Source: Octopus bimaculoides (Eukaryota). Taken from it: a stretch of DNA of 64,000 nt. Shown here piece after piece: positions 54,420 to 64,000 of the stretch (within the stretch, counting starts at the first letter, position 1; each line of letters begins with the position of its first letter). Position numbers and translations under genes: made by a program. The notes under the pieces are model-generated. The model worked only from the letters and a program-made list of their open reading frames with translations. It did not search any database and was not told the origin of the DNA. The stretch lies in assembly GCF_001194135.2 (NCBI RefSeq), contig NC_068992.1:53853723-53917722 (forward strand), given 5' to 3'.

Positions 54420-55498
54420 NNNNNNNNNNNNNNNNNNNNNNNNNNNNNNNNNNNNNNNNNNNNNNNNNNNNNNNNNNNNNNNNNNNNNNNNNNNNNNNNN
54501 NNNNNNNNNNNNNNNNNNNNNNNNNNNNNNNNNNNNNNNNNNNNNNNNNNNNNNNNNNNNNNNNNNNNNNNNNNNNNNNNNNNNNNNNNNNNNNNNNNNN
54601 NNNNNNNNNNNNNNNNNNNNNNNNNNNNNNNNNNNNNNNNNNNNNNNNNNNNNNNNNNNNNNNNNNNNNNNNNNNNNNNNNNNNNNNNNNNNNNNNNNNN
54701 NNNNNNNNNNNNNNNNNNNNNNNNNNNNNNNNNNNNNNNNNNNNNNNNNNNNNNNNNNNNNNNNNNNNNNNNNNNNNNNNNNNNNNNNNNNNNNNNNNNN
54801 NNNNNNNNNNNNNNNNNNNNNNNNNNNNNNNNNNNNNNNNNNNNNNNNNNNNNNNNNATATAACGTACACATACCGAATTTAATATTTTGAAAGGAAATA
54901 AGTTGCTAGTATCTATTTATCTTTGTTTCTGTTTACTGACAACACATATCTATCTATAGCATTTTAAACGTGTCATGTTCGGTTGAGATGATAGGATTAA
55001 AATCCTTTCATTAATACTCTACTACAAAACATACTCTTTCCAGATGCTTTATAATGAATACATATGCATTTCAACCACGTTTCCCTTCTGTTAAGTGGAT
55101 ATTTCACTACCATCACATGACATCCGTCTACTATATATTGATAAGCTCTCAGACAGCGAGTTATCTTATATCCTCTTTCTTATATCGATACAAGACACAC
55201 GCCAGACTGCTTTTAACAGAAATAGAATCACTCTTTTGATATATAATTTATCAAGTTTATTTCTGTTTTAAAAATTTACGCAGCATTTTATTCGTATGAA
55301 ATTTACTACGGCGTATTACAGTGTACTTAGTGTGTTTCACACCTGCATGTTATTACCAAAAGAACACAAACTCACATTCATCTCGCACACATATACACGC
55401 ATTTACAAACACCCATATATACTTGTATGCACACACTCACACTCACGCACTCACACACGCTCACACGCACACAAACATATATATATATATATATCGCT

Positions 55499-55530
<32 letters not shown>

Positions 55531-55900
55531 GGGAGAATATACAAAAAATAACAACAGACGAGGACAGGTGGTGTAAATAACAAAAGTATATATTAGTATG
55601 ACGCTCGGGAATACGGAAAGTCTTTGACGTTTCGAGCTACGCTCTTCAACAGAAAGAATACGGAGACAAGGAGAAAAACACGGAGAAAAAAAATTGAATA
55701 GTGTTCAGTCAACGGTCAATCATAATAATGGCCGATCATAACAATGGCTGACCGGAAGTTAGAAATTCTTATTTCAGGAGAGCTAAGAAAGGGGGAGATA
55801 ACAAACGGTGATCGGGAACGAGGGGCTGTGTGTGGGAGGTAGACTGCTGGTGATCTTGACGTATGTAGTGTGAAAATGGGGGAAGGGAGAAAGGGAGAAA
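55531..55900 (-). mobile_element. Penelope pseudo-LTR-like fragment with variant hammerhead, abutting (TA)n
   Basis: Minus strand ...tctttCTGTTGAagagcgtagctcGAAAcgtcaaagactttccg...tatattctccc(atat)n; C-rich upstream part. Confidence 0.7.
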
Positions 55901-56029
55901 GTAGTTAGATAGATAGATAGATAAAGTATATATACACGTGTATATACACTGTGCGATTTGTATATATAATGGCTATATATGTATATATGTTTGTGTGCGC
56001 CTGTGTATGTATATATATGTAAGTATAGG

Positions 56030-56182
56030 AGCACCCCGTCGGTTACAACGACGAGGGTCCCAGGTGATCTGATCAACGGAACAGCCTGCCCCTGAAATTA
56101 ACGTGCAAGTGGCTGAGCAGCCCACAGACACATGTACCCTTCTCGCAGGTCTCAGGGAGATTCAGCGTGACACAGAGTGTCA
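56030..56182 (-). mobile_element. tRNA-SINE type 1 body, 3' half
   Basis: gtcggttacaacgacgagggtccc...gaaattaacgtgcaagtggctgagcag...gattcagcgtgacacagagtgt. Confidence 0.88.
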
Positions 56183-57123
56183 ATAATTCTGTCAATAATT
56201 ATTCGTGCAGTTGGATACATGACGTATGTACATGGCTCAGTACCAATCTCAAGAAGCTAGATTTCGCAAAATTAGAAAGAACACTCTTATTTCACAGACT
56301 ATAAGCTACCAGTCATCAAAATGTACTGTGAAAGTATGAGAAACCCTGCATGTAATAGTATACGGACATATGTATAGACAGAACGACATATGCTTCTTTA
56401 CACATATATGAGTAAAGCACTGTGGATAGATATATGCAGTGACAATCAGTTGTTCGTGCATAAATACGTTCATACATGTCTCTACGAGACGATGTCTTTG
56501 CTTCAAACAGCTTCTGTCTATTGCTGGGAAATTCGAAGTAAAAAATAGGGAAATAGATATAGAAACTCTATATATTGTGAAGTTTTCGGAATTTTATATA
56601 AATTTCCTTTTTTTTTTCCTTCAAGCAAATGTCTTCTTCCAATTTACCATTGTGTTATCTGTTTCTATTTTACAAGGTGTCTGCAAGTAGATGAACTAAG
56701 AGAAAGCAAAAATTAGGTTATGATTGTATGGTATTTTATGATGATAGATGATACTAGCAGCTGTTGTTGACTCACCTTACTGTTTATATATGATACGTGA
56801 TTGCTATCAATTCTTATTCTAAGTTTAAATGTGATCAAGATAGTCGTAAGTATGGTCATAAGTATATCATATCACATAATCCTTCTTAGAACTTACGTCA
56901 TTTGCCATAGGATTTGTGGAGGCACATCCTCAGACAACATTCTGCTTTTGTTAATGAATGTTAAAAATAGCGTCATATGCGCAAATGTCTATGTAAATGT
57001 GTAAACATACATCTTTATGTAAGATACGTTCACATAAGCACATGCATTAAAATACATGCACTAGTTAGAAACTAAAATCTCTGATGCATTAACCTGAATT
57101 ATAGCAAAATATTTGCATATCGT

Positions 57124-57449
57124 GAAGGCGCTTGGTTTAGTGGTTAAGGCATTCCACTCACGATCGTGAGATCTTGTGATCGATTCCTGGCGAGGAGTTG
57201 TGTTCTTGAGCAAGACACTTTATTTCACATTGCTCCAGTTCACTAAGCTGGTAAAATGTGTAGCGTCTCTATTTCGAAGGGCCAGCTTTGTCAAATTCCG
57301 TGTTGTAGTAAATCTCCGTGAGAGCTACGTTAAGGGTACACGAATCTGTGGACTACTCAACTACTTGCACGTTAATTTCACGTCCAGAGTATTCCGTTGA
57401 TCGAATCAATTTGGACCATCTCCCGTTGTCGTAACTGACAGAGGGCCAG
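57124..57449 (+). mobile_element. tRNA-SINE, head type 2 with type 1 body
   Basis: ggcgcttggtttagtggttaagg...gtgttcttgagcaagacactttatttcacattgctccagt...gctacgttaagggtacacg...ttgcacgttaatttcacg. Confidence 0.88.
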
Positions 57450-57519
57450 ATTTTTGCGCATCGTGTCCTAATAGATATGTTACTATAATTACGAGAAGAA
57501 GTCAATATCTATAATCTCT

Positions 57520-57745
57520 GAAGGCGGTGAGCTGGCCGAATGTTAACATACCGAGCAAAATGCTTAGCGGTATTTTGTCCGTTTTTAAGTTCTGAGTTTA
57601 AATTCCACCAAGATCAATCAACTTTGACTTTCATCCATTCGGAGTCCATAAAATAAGTACCATTTGAGCACTGGGATCGATGTAATCGACTCAGCCCCTC
57701 CTCCGAAATTTCTGGCCTTCTGCCAAAATTTAAGTCCAATGTTAA
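57520..57745 (+). mobile_element. Full-length tRNA-SINE type 3 (Meta/MESC-like)
   Basis: ggcggtgagctggccgaatgttaac...gttctgagtttaaattcc...ctttcatccattcggagtccataaaataagtacca...gatcgatgtaatcgactcagcccctcc. Confidence 0.88.
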
Positions 57746-58384
57746 TATTCTCTTAACGTTTTTGGAAGCCCTACCCAGGATCTAATAAAACCTATTTCAA
57801 ACAATTGAAGTTACGATGTTCCTTGAGTGAGCATCAACACCACAACCGTATAGGTGACACGTCAAACTGTAACTAAATTACTGCCGTTGTTGTCTAATTC
57901 TAGATCAACTTTCAATTAGATACACACATGATCATTCCAACCTAGTCTTGGCAGGCCTAGTATCTTACAAGAAAACATGGACAAGGCGCACAGCCTTTTA
58001 GCCATGGGCATCGGAGAAGGCAACCATGGTGCATCCTATTTAGTGTTTGGTGTGTGTCCTCAATTTTTTCTGCTATTCACCTATTGAGCCCCTGATGTGT
58101 TTTTGGATATACGCCGTTATGGTGAGATGTAATTCTATGCTATATCATCCTTCCTTCTTTGTGACACTGACTGCAAGTTGGTTTCTGGAAATTACAGGGT
58201 ACTGGAGTGGCTGGATAAGTTGCGTGCGTGATCTTGTACGGATGTCCGAGTAAATATGCATGTATGTATGTATGTATGTATGAATATAGACATGCCGGTA
58301 GGAAGGAAGGTATTTATGTATATTTGTATACACTTGCATACTTTGTATTAAAATGGTCCACCTTGTGTATACATAAATGTGCCA

Positions 58385-58442
<58 letters not shown>

Positions 58443-58947
58443 GCTTAATTTCTACATATTCATGCATCTTCATATGCAATCACACTCACACACAAATATG
58501 TGTGCGCCTGTATATGTGTGTGTGTGTGAGTGTGTGTGTGTGTGTGTGCGTATGTGTTTGTGTGTGTGTGTCAACACTTGTGTAACTATGTGTGCATTAG
58601 AAATTGGTAAGTAGGAAATACTTAGCCACATAAATAAACAGTCGAGAAGCTGAGAGATGAAACGATCTGTACAGTTGTTTACAAAATACATGAAGTTATA
58701 TTGAGTACGACTTCCATCATCTCACATTGTCGTATATCCATTATGTATATGCATTTCAGTCTCACTCCATTTCTTTCTCTCTGTCTCTCTGTCTCTCTGT
58801 CTCTCTTGTTTTTGAATCATCACAACACACTCATGAGTCTGCTGTGATGATTCGAAATCACAACTCCTAATAACCTAACTGTAAGAGAATATGTTTGATT
58901 TTTGTAGATTAAATCATATATCACCATTTTCTTAATTTTCTTTTGTG

Positions 58948-58990
<43 letters not shown>

Positions 58991-61034
58991 NNNNNNNNNN
59001 NNNNNNNNNNNNNNNNNNNNNNNNNNNNNNNNNNNNNNNNNNNNNNNNNNNNNNNNNNNNNNNNNNNNNNNNNNNNNNNNNNNNNNNNNNNNNNNNNNNN
59101 NNNNNNNNNNNNNNNNNNNNNNNNNNNNNNNNNNNNNNNNNNNNNNNNNNNNNNNNNNNNNNNNNNNNNNNNNNNNNNNNNNNNNNNNNNNNNNNNNNNN
59201 NNNNNNNNNNNNNNNNNNNNNNNNNNNNNNNNNNNNNNNNNNNNNNNNNNNNNNNNNNNNNNNNNNNNNNNNNNNNNNNNNNNNNNNNNNNNNNNNNNNN
59301 NNNNNNNNNNNNNNNNNNNNNNNNNNNNNNNNNNNNNNNNNNNNNNNNNNNNNNNNNNNNNNNNNNNNNNNNNNNNNNNNNNNNNNNNNNNNNNNNNNNN
59401 NNNNNNNNNNNNNNNNNNNNNNNNNNNNNNNNNNNNNNNNNNNNNNNNNNNNNNNNNNNNNNNNNNNNNNNNNNNNNNNNNNNNNNNNNNNNNNNNNNNN
59501 NNNNNNNNNNNNNNNNNNNNNNNNNNNNNNNNNNNNNNNNNNNNNNNNNNNNNNNNNNNNNNNNNNNNNNNNNNNNNNNNNNNNNNNNNNNNNNNNNNNN
59601 NNNNNNNNNNNNNNNNNNNNNNNNNNNNNNNNNNNNNTATATATATATATATTCCACCATTTCTATCATTCCCAAATACCTCAAGATTTTGAGTTTCATA
59701 TCATTTCAGTTTCTTTCTTGGTTTCTTTCCACACAAGTGATTCATGGAAACCATGTGACACACATCATTCCAGCAGGAAATGGCCCCTATCATTTCTATC
59801 TCTATATTACGCATTGTTGTTGAAGTCGAAATCCCTCTTTTAAATATTTATGACTCTTAACTTCTCCTGCCAATATACGGAAGAGTATTTCCCGGTGTGA
59901 AGTATAAGCTTATCTCCCAAACATTTCATCATCTTGAGAATTTAAAAACAGAAACGAAGAGAATATAATGGTAAATGCGATGCAAAGTAAAAGAAACTAC
60001 AGTGATAATGAAAACATAGATAACTAAAGCATTTCGTGATATTGTTTTACATGTGATAAAATCTACCGCTGTTAATTGCCATCTGTTGCGATCCTTCATT
60101 TGAGGGGGGGGGGTCCAGTACCCTTCGCTCTATTTCCTATTTACACACAAGCTCTGATATAGATCTGCACTAACAGAAAGGTAAGCATATATGCTCACAC
60201 ACACNNNNNNNNNNNNNNNNNNNNNNNNNNNNNNNNNNNNNNNNNNNNNNNNNNNNNNNNNNNNNNNNNNNNNNNNNNNNNNNNNNNNNNNNNNNNNNNN
60301 NNNNNNNNNNNNNNNNNNNNNNNNNNNNNNNNNNNNNNNNNNNNNNNNNNNNNNNNNNNNNNNNNNNNNNNNNNNNNNNNNNNNNNNNNNNNNNNNNNNN
60401 NNNNNNNNNNNNNNNNNNNNNNNNNNNNNNNNNNNNNNNNNNNNNNNNNNNNNNNNNNNNNNNNNNNNNNNNNNNNNNNNNNNNNNNNNNNNNNNNNNNN
60501 NNNNNNNNNNNNNNNNNNNNNNNNNNNNNNNNNNNNNNNNNNNNNNNNNNNNNNNNNNNNNNNNNNNNNNNNNNNNNNNNNNNNNNNNNNNNNNNNNNNN
60601 NNNNNNNNNNNNNNNNNNNNNNNNNNNNNNNNNNNNNNNNNNNNNNNNNNNNNNNNNNNNNNNNNNNNNNNNNNNNNNNNNNNNNNNNNNNNNNNNNNNN
60701 NNNNNNNNNNNNNNNNNNNNNNNNNNNNNNNNNNNNNNNNNNNNNNNNNNNNNNNNNNNNNNNNNNNNNNNNNNNNNNNNNNNNNNNNNNNNNNNNNNNN
60801 NNNNNNNNNNNNNNNNNNNNNNNNNNNNNNNNNNNNNNNNNNNNNNNNNNNNNNNNNNNNNNNNNNNNNNNNNNNNNNNNNNNNNNNNNNNNNNNNNNNN
60901 NNNNNNNNNNNNNNNNNNNNNNNNNNNNNNNNNNNNNNNNNNNNNNNNNNNNNNNNNNNNNNNNNNNNNNNNNNNNNNNNNNNNNNNNNNNNNNNNNNNN
61001 NNNNNNNNNNNNNNNNNNNNNNNNNNATATTTAT

Positions 61035-61078
<44 letters not shown>

Positions 61079-61666
61079 CTATATATACACATATACATAC
61101 ATGTGTATCTAAGCCTATGCCTTTGTATGTATACGCTCCTATATAATATTTGTAGTATTCTTTCCTGTTCAGGTAAAACACCTATCCACTATATATTGTA
61201 CATTCTTCAATTCCAATGGTAATTACCAGAAAATATGATGCCTATAAATGTTGTGTTTAATAGAGCAATTCGTAAGAAACAAATTTGAACTAACGTAATT
61301 CTTAAAATATAAATTATTTTATTGCTTATTCAGATTTAGAAGGGAAGCTCTCTTGATATTTTCAAATGATTTTACTTCGGATGCTTATAACACTGATCTC
61401 TCTTACATGCATTCAATGATTAGATACCATACAATAGCAAGTTCATTGTCCGCTTTTCCAGTTTCATTTTTATGGCTTCGTTCAAATCGGCGCTATCTCG
61501 ACAGCCATCATTCACTTGTATTCTCCTGCTTTTAGAAGCATGCTGTGAGTATGCTCACTTAGATATAATTGACTTATTCGTTTAAATCTGTCATATACAT
61601 TTGAATATAACGAAGACCTTTAGGGTTGCCATATTTAGAAATTACTAACGTATAACACAAACACAC

Positions 61667-61722
<56 letters not shown>

Positions 61723-61794
61723 ACAGAAGTACATTTATGACTACCAAATATATTTAAAGATTACTGACATATAACATACATACATATATATGTG

Positions 61795-61833
<39 letters not shown>

Positions 61834-62229
61834 ACTCCATATGTGTGTGTGTGTGTGTGTGGTTAAATACAACGAACACATAGATCATGAAACAGTGAAA
61901 CACATAAACATGCTTCAAAAGTATAGTGTAAAGAAGCAAAACAAATACGAAAAGGGCATTACGTCCGATATTTCAACGTTCGAGCCTCCCTTTGTTTTCA
62001 GTAGCAAGTTTTCGGTCTATCCGAGGCTACAGTAAAAGATACTAACCTAATATAGAACCGCACTATCTCAAATGTTTTCACAATAGCATTTTCCTTTGTA
62101 TATGTATTAAGACACAAATTAAAATTTTAATGTCTCCAACAGGCCTATTACTAGAGATATTATTTCAGCTTTTAGATCCCCTCATTTTGGCTTCATCTAT
62201 TTCTAGATATTCATAGTTTAAGAATGGTT

Positions 62230-62400
62230 TAAAATGTTGGTACAAGGCGAGCAATTTAGGTGAAGGGATAAGTCAGTTGCGTCGACCCAAGTACTCAAAT
62301 GCTACTTTGTTTATCAACCTCGAAAGGATGAAAGGCAAAGTCGACCTCAGCAGAATTTGAACTCATAACTTAAAGACCGACAAAATGTTGAGCGGCATTT
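62230..62400 (-). mobile_element. tRNA-SINE type 3
   Basis: atcaacctcgaaaggatgaaaggcaaagtcgacctcagcagaatttgaactc. Confidence 0.85.
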
Positions 62401-62419
62401 CTTCCGTCTTTTTGTTAGC

Positions 62420-64000
62420 AATAGAGAATCCCCTTCAATCAGAAATTACTTTCTCTTCACGCGGACCTTGAGAGAAATATCCGGCAGTTAGCCTCCATAT
62501 CACACTCTATGTAGATTGATATGACCCAGATTAAGTTCCTTGAATATATCTGTGGTGCCTTTCTCTTCTGTATTGGCATTTCGCAACGCCAATTCTGTCG
62601 TTTCCGTAGATATTTACCTTGTTGGCGTAGTAGTCAAAGAAAATACTGTTAAGAGTTTCTCCTCTCTCTCGTCATATTCGTCACGTAATATAGTCTGCAT
62701 CGTTATATACTTTTGGCGGTTTATGATAGACAGGCTTCGATAAATTGTTGCAATCAAAAACGCTCCTCGCACTTAACATTGTGGCCTGCAGTTTTACAGC
62801 TTATACGGTGATTTTTTCGCCTACTTCTATAAATAATCTTTATCCTCAAGTATTTACCATATAAAGGCTTCCCTACTCATCGTTTCACAATAGCACTCTG
62901 TAGCTCCATTTTAGCTTAGTCCTTAGATTTTTCCGGAATTTCTTCTGTTACTTCGCCTCTATTCTTGTTGTGACCTTTTGACATTTCATCCTCTCTTGTA
63001 TATATGTTGACTCCTATGGAGACAGAAGACAGGTTTTTTTTACTTGTTTTTGTCTGTACTGTATAATTATTTGTACAAGATTCTAGTTATTCTTTGTTAG
63101 ATATTTATGTAATTCTTTACAAAAAAACTCCGATGGTTTTTGAAAGCCATTTGTGATAAAAACAATTTTCCTCTTCCAATTTGAGTATATTGCATTCGAA
63201 ATACAGGTCATTGTGTTTCATTCTTTCTTGTATACTTTTCTTAATTAATTTAGCTTCTAGTTAGGAATATTATAACTATAACTAATTACTGGAATGGCCA
63301 TACTATTGATGTTTATCATCTGGGTTTACTCTGCAGTTAGTTCTGTTTAAGTATTAATCTGACGCGTCTGCATTACTCTCTAAACTTTTCTTTCGTTTGC
63401 AGCTCATTGATTCCTAATTACTCGTGAGTTTGTGTTTGTTATAATTTTTTTTTTATCTCGTTTCTTTATCTAGAACGATATTTTTCTTATTAATTACTTT
63501 TCTTCTCTTCAAGTATGCCTTGCAGCATATCTTTTTGTTTTGATTTTTTTTTTTTCTTTTCCAAATTCAAGTTTGATTACAAATCTAAAAATGAAGCCGT
63601 GTATAATCTATAAGGATACTTATAGTTTTTTTTTTTTTTTATCCTCGGACTCTGATTATTATTGTATTTTCGAGTGTTTTATTTGAGTCTCTAACGCACT
63701 TCCGTATTGTGTAGTGCCGTGATGCGTGTAGTATGATATATCTATGGTACATATATGGCTTAATTGTAGCGTTTATTTTGTTGTTTTCAATACGATTTTA
63801 TTATTTCATCAGTTGAGTAAAAGAGTATGGGTTGTTCTATATTGTTAGGTCGTTTTATTTTAAGTATTTCATATATGATGCGGGATTGGTGTTAAGTATT
63901 TTAATAATAGAAGTTCTGTTGTGTAGAATATCTATTGTCTTTGGCTGTATTCTGTTACCCGGTGAATATTGAGATGAAAGTGATCTGTGTGGCATATTGA
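62420..64000 (-). mobile_element. Possible very decayed LINE ORF2 (endonuclease-to-RT linker region)
   Basis: About 1.5 kb with strong T-rich plus (A-rich minus) skew and no microsatellites; minus-strand remnants ISTETTELALRNAN (cf. IT.EE...A...K) followed by NCR..SL (cf. NYRPISL); many stops. Confidence 0.4.

Noticed and set aside
60140-60190. Strong AAAG|GTAAGC donor (a similar one at ~21330)
   Set aside because: The candidate 29-nt exon has stops in all three frames and no supporting exons were found.

Overview
Eukaryotic, AT-rich, non-coding genomic DNA from a gapped draft assembly (13 N-runs, nearly all bordered by microsatellites). The extreme (TA)n/(CA)n/(GA)n/(ATCT)n/(AAT)n density and the SINE families point to an octopus (coleoid cephalopod) genome; this is an inference from recalled repeat sequences. 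I found no host protein-coding gene, tRNA, rRNA or CRISPR array. Every long ORF in the track is a microsatellite or N-gap artefact. The window is a mosaic of tRNA-derived SINEs (at least four body types) and decayed retrotransposon fragments recognisable by protein motifs: a CRE-clade RLE endonuclease, a Tx1/L1 zf-RVT C-terminus and a Penelope-like RT/GIY-YIG. It also contains several foldback elements. The main finding is a set of type I minimal hammerhead ribozyme (HHR) motifs in at least four unrelated short repeat families. These are an intact-core HHR inside an inverted-repeat element (50332-50392, +), two copies of a ~360-nt retrozyme-like repeat with compensatory stem changes (40427-40471, +; 53997-54041, -), a core-variant HHR (55621-55657, -) and a decayed one (36236-36287). 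All of these elements abut (TA)n tracts.
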